Assembly (NCBI RefSeq): GCF_009914755.1
Contig: NC_060934.1
DNA: 64,000 bases
DNA from: the human T2T-CHM13v2.0 reference genome, Homo sapiens
Reading direction: 5' to 3' (one strand)
Shown here: positions 30,283 through 45,996 of the stretch, piece after piece
Position numbering within the stretch: the first letter of the stretch is position 1
Layout: each line of letters starts with the position of its first letter
The notes under the pieces: generated by a model
What the model was told of the DNA's origin: nothing
The model's database searches: none
Seen by the model: the letters and a program-made list of their open reading frames with translations, nothing else
Program-made: the position numbers and the translations under genes

Positions 30283-31358
30283 TTAAATGTACAACTCTCT
30301 TAATATACTGTGGACTGCTAAGAAATAGAAATAATATATTTATTGTCATGCTCCTTATATACAAGAGTTCTAAATCCATTCTCAACCATGTATACTTTGA
30401 AAAAGCTCACCAGTGAGTCTAATGCACTCTCCAGGTCGAAAATAACTCTTCCTATGCTTGCCATGGTATTGGGCACTTAGTAGTTGCTTTGTATTTCTGA
30501 AATTAATATTTAATGTACGACTAGAACTTAAAAATGTCCAAAGCTTTCAGACATCAATTTTGAACAATGACAATAATTAGCCATCAGCCAGGATCTTACC
30601 AAGAGAAACCATACTGATACCCGAGCTTCAAGTAGGGTACTGCTACGTAAGATAATGCTATCTAAGTATATTTCTATCATGGACGCTTGTGTAAAATAAG
30701 TAACAAAAAGTGAGGAACGTGTGTTACTATTTTGGAGCTGGATCACTTTTGAATAGCTTCACATTATAAAATCAAAATCCAATGCTTTCCGTTTTCAAAT
30801 TTCTGACTTAAAATTCTGCTGTCATTAAGAGTGGTGCCTCGGAGTAGTGGAAATAGAATAGTTAGAATTTTATCCAAATCCCAGCTCTGCTATTTGTAAC
30901 TGGCTGATGTTCTGCAAGCCAACCTCAGAGCTCATTTGTCTCACTTGTAAAATTAAAATAGTAAAACCTACTCTGAAGAAATATCGCAAGAACTATACAT
31001 ACATTTAAATTACCTGGCAGAGAGTCGGCCCACAGAAATGGTAATTGTGACTATCACTATTGATTATTACAGTAATAATAATTATCGTCATTATGACAAA
31101 AATATAATAATGTAAAGGATTATGAACTGAGTAATGGGTTAGTTACCCATGACTATGTAACAAATTACTCCAAAACTTAGTGGCTTAAAATAACAGTAAA
31201 CATTCATTATTGCACAGAACTCACAAAGTCTCTTATGACCTTTCTTGAAAGTCACACATTATTTCTGCAATATTCTATTGGTTTCATGGGGCAGCCCTCT
31301 TTAGGCTGACAGGGACTATAGAAGTGTATAAATACCAGGAAGAGAGGATCTTTAAGGC

Positions 31359-32030
31359 TGTGATCTGAGAGACCAAAATAGATGCCCTTTTATGAACTAT
31401 GAAGGATCACAAGGTTAGGAAAACAAAAGTTACCTACAGATCGAGGGTACAGGGCATCCAGCATGGCAACTCCATAAATTCCCACGGCTGCAAGAAAAAA
31501 CACACTCTTTCTAAACTCCCTAACAGGAGCTATCAGGCAATTTATCAGGCTGATTTATAACCCAGATAACCTCACCTCTGATTGGACGGAGGACAGCCTT
31601 ACAAACATTGTTTTCTGACAAGCAACTCCAGCAGATCTTACACCAATTTCATCAGCTTATAGAGGCTGTGCACAAACTGTCTTTGTGTCCTATAGTTCAC
31701 CTTTTGACATAAAGGAGCCAAATTCCACCTCATTTAAATCCTAAAACCCACCCCAAAGTGAATATGGGATGTATGTTACATATATAGCACATGCATTTGA
31801 CTCCCCCTTATAAATATGCATAACTTTTCCCCAAAACCTGCTGAATATGTTTGACTTTACCATGTAATACAGACCCTGCGAGGCATAAAACCCAACCTGC
31901 TCTTCCTCTCTTTAAAGAGAGAGCACCTATGGTCCACGCTGGAGACTCTCTTCCCAGTTTGCAGACTGATACTGCCAATAAAGCCCTCCTTTCTACTATT
32001 TTAGCAGTTCGGATGGTCTTTTGGATGACA
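31359..32030 (+). mobile_element. MER39-like ERV1 solo LTR inserted in an older MLT1 element (about 31130-32056)
   Basis: tgtgatctgagagaccaaaatagatgcc...aataaagccctcc...ggatgaca. Confidence 0.7.
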
Positions 32031-32497
32031 GTCACCTTGCAGCTCTGGCTACCACAAATAGCAAATAAACTATACCTTTAACATTGCCTGTTATATTTGA
32101 AGGCATTGAAAACAGCAACAGATTTGCTATCTTTCCCGGTGCCACTTTTAAAATTGAAAATAATTCCAATTATTTCTCAATGACTTTAAATAAATTTGAT
32201 TATTTTTATTACCATGGTCTTCCCAAAAAGGCTTCATTCAAATGACTAGTTATTTGAGGAACTATGAGGAAGCCTTCTGATATGAATGCGTAATCAACAT
32301 TGTAGTCTAGCAAGCCAGTGTTTCCATTTTTCTCTGAGAGAAAATTCAGTTTTGTTTCCAGTGACAAATACTTATAATAAAATAATACATGATTCCAATC
32401 TTCAGCATAGTAAAAATGATAGTAAGGAAATCTTACCAAGTGTTAATTAAGGAATTCAGATTAGGATTATGCTAGTTATCTTTTAACATCAACAACC

Positions 32498-32498
32498 A

Positions 32499-32543
<45 letters not shown>
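32498..32543. repeat. (CA)n microsatellite. Others lie at 8364-8391, 19947-19980 and 21720-21738
   Basis: Direct inspection. Confidence 0.95.
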
Positions 32544-32546
<3 letters not shown>

Positions 32547-32857
32547 GAAAAGTAGTCTATTTCTCATCCTCCCACTAACAGATTGCGTGACTTTGAACAA
32601 ATCATAATCCCATTTTTTTATCTTTAAACTGAGGGAGTTAAAAAAAAAAGTCATACATGCTCATAATTGAAACAAACAATATACGAATTCAAATAATTTA
32701 AGAGAGACTATGCTTTCAAACTCTTAGACTGTAGTTGTTTTTCATGTACTCTTTGAAGTACAGAATGATTGTTAAACCACCTTTTAATAAATTTGACATA
32801 ACTTTTGTTTAAATGCAAACATTTTCAGAGGCTTCTATCATACTCTCAATATTATTA

Positions 32858-33283
<426 letters not shown>

Positions 33284-33348
33284 CTAAGAATGTAGTGTGT
33301 TGGTATGAATGGCTGTTTTGTGTGGATGTAATATTTTCTGATCTATAA

Positions 33349-33612
<264 letters not shown>

Positions 33613-34588
33613 TAAAAAGCAATCAAAGCACCATAGATTTAAAGTAGAATGGAAACAAGTCATACATCATTCTAGGCCAAGAAAATCTTGTCTATGACCA
33701 AAAATCTTTCTTCCTGATGGACAACTTGAAACTTAGGACTACTTGCATAGTTAGCAGGCTTTCAAGTGATATGCTCACACTTGGGCTTTTTGAAGTTTGA
33801 TCGGCCATAATTTATGCCTTTTCTTTTCAAGCAGCAATCAGGTCATGTTGTTCTCTCCAGGATAATAGAGTGAAGAACACTTAGGGCAAGTCTTCAGTTC
33901 ACTTTGCATTTCACCCTGCAAAACGGTGCCTCCCGAGTAGCAACTTTATGCCACCCCATGAGGAACATATCTTTCAGAAAATTCAATTGTTCTCAGTGAT
34001 TTTAAGTGGTACAGCATGAAATAGCTCATCAAACATAGACACTCACCTATGGCGTAAGCCGCACTTAGTCTGTGCAAGGCAGATGTTCCAAATCTTGATT
34101 CTGAGCATTTGTATTTTACCCCAGAAAGCTATCTGAATACAAGTGAGCCCACCATGCATGCCCTAGCAATTGTGCAGAAAGTTACAGGGCAGTGGCTTAC
34201 ATGCTGTTCCTTAGAAGACATCTCAGTCCCTTACTAGAGGATCTATTTAAATGCTCCGGTGCTCAGAAGATGTACAAGATTGCTGTTGTTTAAAAAAAAG
34301 TGTTTCTTCCCACCTTTAAGAGACACCCTAGAGGCCTATAATCAATAGAATGATCAGAATGGTAGAGCTATTTAATACATACGTGGCAGAGACGCCTGGC
34401 GGATTACCACTGATTGGTGCTCCCTTTCTGTAGTACACACTTGATGCTACAAGCAGCTGCCCAGCCAGACACTCCATTCCCAAACACCCACCGCACATCA
34501 GTGCCACTTGCATTTTATTAGTCAAAACCCCCAACATGTCTCTAACATCTAGAAGGGTCAGTCCCAGATGGCAGAGAATGGGAGTGAT

Positions 34589-34607
34589 GTGCGCCCCCTG
34601 CAGGCTG
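34589..34607 (-). promoter_or_regulatory. CTCF core motif
   Basis: Minus strand reads CAGCCTGCAGGGGGCGCAC, a close match to the CCnnnAGGGGGCGC consensus. Confidence 0.65.
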
Positions 34608-35391
34608 CGTGCAGTATCCGCTTTCTCTTTATTAGTAGCTACTCTTTGAGCAGCAAGATGGTTGAAAATGGCTTGATCTTAAGATGGAAGGAACCAGTAT
34701 CCCTGAATCAACATCTGGGGGAAAAGCCACCCAGGAGCGTTGCCTGATAAAGAAGGAATATTTTACACTGTGCGAGAGAGAGTAAAATTTTGTGCTCAGA
34801 CTTCCGAGAGCTTTTATTAGAGCAGTGTGTCTACTCTAACCAAATGGTAGAAACTGAACAAACCTAATGGTCCATTTTCTTGGGAGCCAGGACTCTTGGG
34901 GGAAATGAAAGAAAAGCATAAAAAAGAGAAGGCAAAACAACAGAAGCAGAAAAACCCAAGAAAAGGAAATAAGTTGATTTCCTGGGTCAGCACCTCTAAG
35001 TATCTGCTCTTAGAAAAATCATTTCATTTATCTGAGGCAATGAGGAATAAGATGGACAGCTTGGATATCCATAGAGACATTTTTCTAAAAATACAGGCAA
35101 GAAAGATTACAAGTAATAAGTTTGTCATACTAAAAAATGAGCGAACTAGCAGTGATAAGATGGCTATAAAGCATTTTTAATACAGTATAATATTTTATCT
35201 GGGAGATAACCTACTAGAAAGAATAGAGCTGCAGAAAGGCAGAGAAATATTCAAGGGAAGAGGATGGGGTAGAAAAAAAACAGAAAAGTACAAACTCAAA
35301 GTAAGAGAAAGAGTCAAAGAAGTTAAAATAGGTTTCAAAAAAGTATTGGTTTATAGATTTATAATTTTTTTTACATCTAGGAATTAGAGTT

Positions 35392-35831
35392 TGTCAAGCC
35401 TCTGAGCCCAAGCTAAGCCATCATATCCCCTGTGACCTGCAGGTATACATTGAGATGGCCTGAAGCAACTGAAGAACCACAAAAGAAGTGAAAATAGCCA
35501 ATTCCTGCCTTTACTGATGACATTCCACCATCATGATTTGTTCCTGCCCCACCCTAATTAACCAGTTGACCTTGTGACATTCCTTCTCCTGGACAGTGAA
35601 TCTCAGGAGCTCCCCACTGAGCACCTTATGACCTGCCCCTGCCTGCAAGAGAAAAAACCCCTTTAACTGTCATTTTCCACTACCTACCCAAATCCTATAA
35701 AACTGCCCCACCCCTCTCTCCCTTTGCTGACTCCCTTTTCGGACTTGGTCTGCCTCCACCCAGGTGATTAAAAAGCTTTATTGTTCACACAAAGCCTGTT
35801 TGGTGGTCTCTTCACATGGACACGCCTAACA
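35392..35831 (+). mobile_element. Solo LTR7-family (HERV-H, LTR7B-like) LTR
   Basis: tgtcaagcctctgagcccaagctaagccatc...cctataaaac...attaaaaagc...ggtggtctcttcacatggacacgcctaaca. TSD gagtt/gagat. Confidence 0.9.
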
Positions 35832-37274
35832 GAGATGGTATAAAAATGCTTTGAAAACCTAAGAAAAACATTCATTTAATTATTTGTTTATTCAACAAAA
35901 ATTAATTGAGCAACTGCTATGTGCTGCACCCTTGTGATTGGCACCAGGGGATAGGCATGTGAACAAGACATTGTCCCATTCATTTTGGAGCTCAAAATCT
36001 GAAACACAGAATAAAGAATTATGGCACAAAAGACCCTATCCCACTTGTTCTCCTAATGGCAACTGCCTAATTTTCATTTATTCAAAAAATATAGTTAAGA
36101 CTAGGGGAGAAAAAGAGCACTTTTCCCTCCCACTATAACTCCATCTTTCTAAATCCTATTTTAGCAATGTGAAAGGGACAGATAGGCTGAAGAAAGAGAA
36201 AATTCTAAGTCTTTAACAGACCATGACAAAAATAGGGCCAGATAATTATTTCTAAGAAAACGAAATTACTTTTTTATCGCCATACACTGAATGGCTTTCC
36301 CCGTTGTGCTCCCTAAGTCTGTAATAGCACTGATTATGGAACACACAACCCCTGACCATAGACAATACAACCGAAAAATTAGTCTCCTGTGTGCAAAACA
36401 ACACTTTTATAACAACAGGCAATTCATGCCTGCTCTCTCTAGACCTTTGCCAAACAGAATACCAGTGCAGGCTAATTATATAAGCCAGCTGAAAATTGCG
36501 TGTGTTTAATGGAAAGGCATCCCCTTAAAGAATAGCTGAGAAAAGGTCTTAGCACCAAAAACAAAACAACAGAGAAGGAGTGAGAAGGCAAACATGGGGG
36601 TATGGGCACCCGGCATTCTCATTAGCATACCGCAGTTAACCACTTTTGTTGATGCACATCAAAGAGTTGTCAAATTCTCTGCCTTGAAAAAGATGTCTTC
36701 CATGATTAGAGAATTTTCATCCTCGCTCACTCAGGTGTTTTGCAAAAACACACAGCTATTTGTCACTCTCAAGTTGAGAACTTTTGTCACTTTGGAAAGC
36801 AAAAACGGATAATGTCAGAGACCACTGAAGAGAGTCAAAGGCAAGTTTTACTCACTAATTTGCACATCTGTCAAGGAATATAGCCAGCTTTCCACAGGGT
36901 CCGATGGAGCAAAGGCCAATTTTCCCATTCTACTTTTCCTGCATCATTTTGTCTATGTCTGATGTGTGGAGGGTGCCACAAAAGGTTTGGAACTCAAGTC
37001 CCTCAGGAAAAGCTTCATAAAGATCCTCGTGTAACACCCGCATACCCAACAAACAACAAACAAAACAACAACTTCAACATCAAAACCGGCAAGTAGTGCA
37101 TCTCCAATGCGTGAACTACTTTAAGTCCACCCCCAAAATCAGTGACTTTATCATGAAAGAGGAGAAGCATTTGCAAAAGTGTTCCAACCAGTCTATAGAA
37201 ACCTAGAGTCCTGGCAGGAATGATGGCCTGCTCCAATGAGGGAATTTAAGAAGGGATTAAAGGAGGGACTTTTC

Positions 37275-37660
<386 letters not shown>

Positions 37661-39167
37661 TTATCCCTAAGTTCAAGGGTCCAGTGGAGGGAATGGGAGA
37701 GAGGCAGAGAGAGGGAAAGCTAGAGTGAAAGTGAGAGAGAAAGAGTAAGAATGAGAAAAGGAGAGGGTGAGAGACCTAATAATCACCTTAGCGTTTGTTC
37801 CGTGATGCAGCACTTCTTTCAGTCAAGGATGTAGGCCAGGAGTGTCGGGTCACACCTGTGAAAGGAAAATATCTTGGGCCCCCAAAATCACTAAGGAAAA
37901 CTCAAGCTGGGAACTGCTTAGGGCAAACCTGCTTCCCATTCTATTCAAAGTTATCCCTCTGCTCATTAAGATAGATGCATATCTGATTGCCTCCATTGGA
38001 AAGACTAATCAGAAACTCAAAAGAATGCAACCGTTTGTCTCTCACCTATCTGCGACCTGGAAGTTCCCTCCCTGCTTGGAGGCTTCCTGCCTTTGCTTCA
38101 AGCTGCCCCACCTTTCCAGACCGAATCAATGTACTTCTTATATTGATTGATGTCTCATGTCTCCCTAAAATGTATAAAACCAAGCTATGCCCGACCACCT
38201 TGGGCACGTGTCATCAGGATGTCCTGAGGCTGAGTAACAGGTGTGTCCTCAACCGTGGCAAAATAAAAACTTTCTAAATTAACTGAGATCTGTCTCTGAT
38301 TTTCTGGGTTCACATTTTGGTAACCATGAAGGGATTCTGAGTGGAGATGCCCCTCACCTTTGACAAATCTCCTTTTGGTGCCTAGTACCAGCATGAGCTA
38401 ACTTTATAGCTCAAACCAATAGGACAATTTGCTGAGGTCTGAGAGCACCCTCCAGAGAATCCCTGATCTCCCAAAATTTGGTTGAGATCTAAAGTTTATT
38501 TTTCTGTACAACTCCTTTTTGGGGGGACTTTACTTGCTTCCAACAGGAAGGCAAGTTTTCCTGCTTCCATGTCGATGGAAGACAGGTACCTCCTTTATGG
38601 ACCTTGAGCTCACTTCCAACAGGGAAGATAAGTTTTGTTTTGTTTGTTTTTTTCCTGCTTCTAGCATGGTAGAGAGCAGTCTACAGCTTGAGACCCATGA
38701 CTAAGTAAGAAACTGGTTTGGGATTCCATCTTGCCAATTATTTTAAACAACAAAAGTTAGTATTTAACAACCAGCTGGTGTTAATGTCTGCTTACACTTA
38801 CAGCACTCAGAAATCATATAATTTGTGTGATCATTGTTAGTTTTGCTTAATGGTTTTGTTTTTTCTTTCTGTCTTGGTCAAATCTGAAGGGGAACCCTAA
38901 ATTATGGGGAACAGGGTCTCTGAAGTGGGAGGAAAATGGCCATCAAAAGGAAAAAAAAGATTTTTAATTTTAACTACAAAAGGGGCTTTATTTACATAAC
39001 AAGGCCACCTTTTTGCCAGCCAGACCAAACTGAAAGAGCAATGGCTGTACTTCTGAAATAGCAGCATTTTGTCCTAGCTGAAATATGGTAATAAGATTTA
39101 AAAAACAAATTTGTGTAAGGAGCTCCATGATTAAAAGTCAGCTTAATGAAAAGGCTAACAGCCAAGA

Positions 39168-39387
39168 TGTGTGTGTGTATGTGTTCATGTTTGTGTGTAT
39201 GTGTTCATGTTTGTGTGTATGTGTACATGTTTGTGTGAATGTATGTGTACGTTTGTGTGTTTGTATGTGTACGTTTGTGTGTTTGTGTGTATGTGTTTGT
39301 ATGTGTACACGTTTGTGTGTATGCATATGTGTATATGTGTGTTTGTGCGTGTGTGTGTGTGTTTGTGTGTATGTGTACGTGTTTGTA
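39168..39387. repeat. Compound (TG)-rich microsatellite within MER4-int
   Basis: Alternating purine-pyrimidine sequence with ~20-bp higher-order units. Confidence 0.9.
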
Positions 39388-40696
39388 TTTGAAAGGCCTT
39401 CATGTTTTGAGGGGTTTTTTTTGTTTTTCTCTCCTAAGATTTTGTCTTTTTTTGAGCAAAAGTTTTTTTTTTTCTTTATCTTCTCAGTTGAACGAGTTCT
39501 GTCGTCACCTGATTGTTTGACTAACATAGTTATTGAAACAGAGTTTACTCGGGTTTTTAAGGAAGAGTGTAGTTTAATTTGACTCAAATAAAAATGAAAG
39601 TGTCTCCCTCTAGTACCACCAGACTTATTCTCTCTATACCTTATGATGTAAATTTTGCTATTTGATTTTCATCTGAGTTGTTTCCTTTAATGTGCAAACT
39701 TAAGGCTATTTAGCTGACAACTACCTAGGGTTGTAAAACACATTATCAAGAATCTGAAAGTCTATAATAGGAAAAAGGGGGTGGGGTTATAAATCTATAA
39801 AATGTACCTCCATCGGCATGCCTAATACGTCTTTATATGTTTTTAGGTGTTGTGTACACAATGTTTCACTAGTAAAAATACACAAAAGAGCTCTAATTAA
39901 TTGGCTTTAAAAAAAAGTGCTTAAATCAAATACCAAAAAAGACTAGTCACATGCTTTTAAAGGTTATATAACTTAAGTAAAATCTTTAATAAATAAGCTG
40001 GCTTTAAAATTATTGGTAAAGTAATATTATAAGTGTCTTAAGAATTGCCAGCACACATTTTTGTTTGCATTTATTAATCAAGCAGTTTCATACTTATCCT
40101 TGCCAAATACTATGAGGTGTCAAAATTTGGCATGGGTTACAAAACTGTAAACCCAGCCCCAAACAGAATGATCTTTGCTTGTGTAATTTTTAATAAGTGA
40201 GACATTGATATGCGTTTAATGAAAATAGCTGTATCTCAAATTTAGTAAGATTATCATAACTTCTAATCCTGTGGCTTTAGGCAGTCTAGTCCACAGACAA
40301 TAAAGAGGTTTGTTTTGGGAAAGAACTGTTATCGTCTTTGTTTCAAAGCTAAACTATAAACTAAGTTTTTCCCAAAATTAGCTTGGCCTGTGTTCAGGAA
40401 TGAACAAGGACAGCTTGAAGGTTAACAGCAAGATGGAGTCAAGTCAAAATTTTTTCACGGTCTCAGTTATAATTTTGCAATGGTGGTTTCATAACTTTAA
40501 ATCATGACTATCACAGTTTTCATAAATAATCTAGGTAAACTATTAAAATAAATAATTACGTAAATGTAATGGGATAAATACTTGTAGACAAACTGGTCAT
40601 AATTTAGAATATAAAGTTGTATTAAATTAAATAATAGATATTTCATATTTGGGAATTTTCCAATAAAAGAAGTTTCAGTGATAATTTTTTTTTTAA

Positions 40697-41077
<381 letters not shown>

Positions 41078-43808
41078 TAAATCTTAAACACTGATAGCAA
41101 TTAAAGCCTTATCTTCAGGCCCCGTACAAGATGCCAATCAAAATAAACTGCATGCCTGAGATACAGGGCAAGAAATTAAAGCTATTCAACACCTCAAGGC
41201 CCAGGGACTACTGTGAAAGAGGTGGGCCCATAAGATCGTAAGGGCCGATTTTGAAAGTTAAAATAAGTTTAGTTTCTCTATAAATTAACCATTAGTGTCA
41301 AAGGCACACTGATGCAAAACTAGTATACGGATCCCTGTGTCAGATTAACAAGATTTTCTAGAAGCATTAACCAACTCCTTAATAAAGGTTATAAAGGTTA
41401 TAAAAGGCTTGTGGAAGTTATATTTTATAATGAAGATTAAATTTTATAGACTGTTTACAAAATTTTGAACAAATGTAATTGGCTTCATGCTGTTTTTATT
41501 AGGGCTTCTTGTTTAGAAAATTAAGTCTCTTCTCACAAAGAATGAAGGTTTTCACTTTTTTTTTTTAATACTTGAATTATCACTTTGGTTAAATAAATGA
41601 CTTCACAATGACCTGTAATCCTATTTTGTAATATCAAGTGTTTTAAACCTTTGATATATGACAAACTTTCTAAAATCAAATTATCAATTATGTCTTTTTC
41701 TAATCTAATTAATCCTTTAAGACATTAGGTTCCCTAAAGTCCAAAAAATGACATAATTTGGCTTATTTGGTATAAAAATTATACAGGAAGCATTGTCAAA
41801 TATAAAGTGGTATTTAGTTTTCTTAGGGCTGTATTTGTATAAATATGTTATTGATATGTGTTCCAAAATTATGGGAAACTCCTGTAATTCTGATATACCT
41901 TAGTGTACCTTATCAGTAATAATCATAATTGTTATAATCATTGTGTGCCACAGAGATAAATTTTCTTGTCAATTGTGTTTTTTGACTATGGCTGTCTTAA
42001 AACTTCTTTTTCATCCATGGACAATTGTTGTCTTGTTTTGTTCCTCTTTAGAGGGTGGTTTTATAATCAGCTATAAAACTTCAACAGGTGCTTTTAAATG
42101 CACGTTTCTAATAACTTTGTAGATTGTGATATCAGAATGCAGGAAAAACTTTCAGAACTCATGGAGAGCTAAAATATTCATGAGTATCAAGCAAAACACA
42201 GGAATTAACTGCATGGACTAAACCAATCCTTTTGACTTTTTGCTTAAAATGTTTACTGATCCTTTGTTTTGTTTTTCAGACTCTTAAAACATTTCTTTTG
42301 AGCTACTGACAGCTTGTAACAATTTAGTATACTCCCATGAACAAAATTTGGAGCATATTTGTTTCTAACTGATTTCTCTGGAATTTGGAAACTATTTGTG
42401 TATATTCTTAACTTATGGCAATACAGTTATTTGCGTAAGTGCAATAGGAATCTGTTTTCATTTGTGACAGGACACAATTGGAGAAACTGGTTATTTTACC
42501 AAGGCTTTGACTGGAATGATGTGCTTTCCTTTAAAGAATCAAACTTGACTTACGGAGCCAATAAAGCCCTTGGAAAAACTGGCCTCAAATTTTGTGTACA
42601 CAGTCCCTGTACAGGGTTTCTGACCTGTGGTAAAAACAGAATGTCACTTTCTGACAGGCACAGTACCCCCAGGATAAACTTGGAACCTCGAGAGGAAATT
42701 CACGAAACTCGTAAGTATTTGATGGCACAAATCCATGACTGGGCTTGGCTTTTAAAAAGTCTTATCTGAGATTGCTTCTATGGAACAGAGTTCCATCAAA
42801 GCCAATTTAAAAAACTATGTAAAAAATAATTATTCATGCTGCACTATATACAAATAATTAGGCCAAGTATAATAAGCAAACCAGTGCTACCATGATTTGT
42901 CTTTAATAACATGGGAAACTGGAGAGAGAAAAAAATTGTGTTTCAAAACGATAGTACACGTGTTAAATTCTAGTCTTGCCTAATGTTTTCTTTTCCATTT
43001 TTATTATTTTCTACAGTTTGGACCAAATTCTAATTTTTCTTGGCTGCAAGTCTTCAAAATGATGTTTTCATTTTTTTTTCCAGTTTTCCTAATTTGGAGT
43101 CACTAAAATCTAAGCTGTGCTTTCTTCAAACCATGAGAACTGAAGCCAGACAATTTAAACTTAAGAAGAAAATAACAGCAACCAATTTACATACATAAGC
43201 TACTTTCATACCTACTTACTAATGTATGGACTTCCGAGTAATTGGCCTATATCAATTTTTCCAGGATTGTTCTTTTGTTTGTAGCTTTTTCCCCCTTCCT
43301 CCCCCTAATTTTCTTTTCACAGGACAGGAGACTTCACAACCTGCTAAAATGAACTTTCGGGACCTACCCATCTAGGAGTAAACCATCCTAGCAATGAAAG
43401 ATCAGATGAAATCTGAAACCAGAGAGTCTGTTTTGTTTTTTGTTTGTTTGTTTGTTTTTTTGTAAAATCATTTCTCCAAAAGATTTTAAAAAAGAAAAAG
43501 GGTGAAATGTGAAAGGAAAATATCTTGGGCCTCCAAAATCACTAAGGGAAACTCCAGCTGGAAACTGCTCAGGGCAAACCTGCCTCCCATTCTATTCCAA
43601 GTTATCCCTCCCCTCACTAAGATAGATGCGTATCTGATGGCCTTCCTTCGAAAAGCTCATCAGAAACTCAAAAGAATGCAACCATTTGTGTCTCACCTAT
43701 TTGTGACCTGGAAGTTCCCCCCACACTTCGAGTCTTCCTGCCTTTGCTTCAAGTTGTCACCCCCTTTCCAGACTAAACCAATTACTTCTTACATATAATG
43801 ATTGATGT

Positions 43809-44184
43809 TGTCACGGTGTCTGTGTGAAGAGACCACCAAACAGGCTTTGTGTGAGCAATAAAGCTTTTTAATCGCCTGGGTGCAGGCGGAGTGAGTCGGA
43901 AAAAGGAGTCAGCAAAGGGAGATAGGGGTGGGGGCAGTTTTATAGGATTTAGGTAGGTAGTGGAAAATGACAGTTAAAGGGGGTTATTCTCTTGCAGGTG
44001 GGGGCAGGGGTCACAAGGTGCTTGGTGGGGAGAGCTGGAGACATATTGTCCAGGAGAAGGAATGTCACAAGGTAATGTCATCAGTAAAGGTAGGAACTGG
44101 CTATTTTCACTTCTTTTTGTGGTTCTTCAGTTGCCTCAGGCCATCTGGATGTATAAGTGCAGGCTTGGGCTCAGAAGCCTGACA
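43809..44184 (-). mobile_element. Solo LTR7-family (HERV-H) LTR nested in the MER4 3' LTR
   Basis: Reverse complement starts tgtcaggcttctgagcccaagcc and ends gtttggtggtctcttcacacagacaccgtgaca. TSD gatgt/gaggt. Confidence 0.9.
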
Positions 44185-44353
44185 GAGGTCTCATACCTCC
44201 CTAAAATGTATAAAACCAGGCTGTGCCCCAGCTACTTAGGGGAAATGTTGTCAGGACTTCCTGAGGCTGTGTCACGGGCGCATTCTCAACCTTGGCAAAA
44301 TAAACTTTCTAAATTAACTGAGACCTGTCTCAGATTTTCTGGGTTCAAGTGCC

Positions 44354-44605
44354 TGTAAACACAACACTTTGGGAGGCCAAGGCAGGAGGATCACTTGCAC
44401 CCAGGGTTTTGAGACCAACCTGGGCAACAAAGAAAGACCCCATCTCTACAAAAAATAGAAATTAGCCAGCCATGGTGGCACGCACCTGTCTTCCTGGCTA
44501 TTCAGGAAGCTGAGGCAGGAGGATCGCTTGAATACAGCAGGTCAAGGCTGCAGTGAGCTGTGTTCGTGCCACTGCACTCCAGTCTCGGCGACGGAGTGAG
44601 ACTGT

Positions 44606-44636
<31 letters not shown>

Positions 44637-44639
44637 ACA
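44354..44639 (+). mobile_element. AluJ 3' portion with (CA)n tail. Its first 23 bp lie at 37834-37856
   Basis: ggccaggagtgtcgggtcacacc joins (tgcc)tgtaaacacaacactttgggagg across the provirus. Confidence 0.85.
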
Positions 44640-44991
<352 letters not shown>

Positions 44992-45047
44992 TTAACCTGC
45001 AACGACATCAAACACAGAGTTTCTTCTCCTTCCTCCTGCAAGGCTCT

Positions 45048-45424
45048 TGTATTGGTTCGAACCCTGAGAGAACGCCAACAAACAACACAAGGCAGTGTGG
45101 AGCAACAGGCAGTTTTAATGAATGCCTGAAGGCAGACCTTCAGGCCATTTCAGGCCGAGGCCTAAAATGGCATCAGCCCCAAATGAGGACGGGCAGGGGT
45201 TTTACAGTCTCCCGTAAACAGGAAGTGTTTCAGTCTGTGTATCTACTGCTACGTGATACCCGGTAGGCCTCTCTCTGGGTCTTCAGAACAGCTCTCTCCC
45301 CGCTTCTGCTATCTTGCTGACGCACGCTGATGACGTAAGCCGCCTTGCGCCTTGGGACTGGGCCTGAGAAGGGAGGAGTTATTCAGGCCTCCGCCAGCTT
45401 CTAGGCCCTGGGGATGGTCTTTCA
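45048..45424 (-). mobile_element. Solo LTR, LTR18-like (ERVL)
   Basis: TG...CA termini, minus-strand ATTAAA (45114-45119), CRE/ATF-type motifs, resemblance to LTR18 as recalled. Confidence 0.6.
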
Positions 45425-45505
45425 CCTCCCTCTTTCTGATCTCTTTTTCATGCTCCTCCTTGCTCCAAAGAAAAGCCGGATGGCAAAAGAGCCCAGAACC
45501 TATTG
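45360..45505 (+). ncRNA. ST8SIA6-AS1: Probable first exon of antisense lncRNA ST8SIA6-AS1 (5' end approximate)
   Basis: Strong plus-strand donor TTG|GTGAGT at 45505/45506, immediately downstream of a CpG-retaining, motif-rich LTR. The position agrees with my recollection that the lncRNA starts a few kb from ST8SIA6 exon 3. Confidence 0.55.
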
Positions 45506-45683
45506 GTGAGTTCCACGTACGTCAGCCTCCCTGGGAAAAGTCAGGCAGAGATGAAACTGGAGGGTGAAAAGCTATGAGGGTGAAAGTGGATTGAGTGGGC
45601 CCAGTGGAAGACGCACAGCACCGTGGATTCCCCTTGCAAGCTTAAGGCCCGCTAGTTGGAATTTAAGGAAAAGAAAACAATAA

Positions 45684-45996
<313 letters not shown>

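Noticed and set aside
36200-37250. Repeat-free block with scattered FOX/E-box-like motifs
   Set aside because: No motif cluster or splice structure is strong enough to call without conservation or chromatin data.
39085-39587. Cys/Val- and His/Thr-rich ORFs of up to 165 aa
   Set aside because: They are translations of a (TG)n compound microsatellite.
42359-42769. 136-aa ORF in the provirus interior as gag/pol/env
   Set aside because: It has no recognisable retroviral motifs, and the interior is AT-rich and full of stops.
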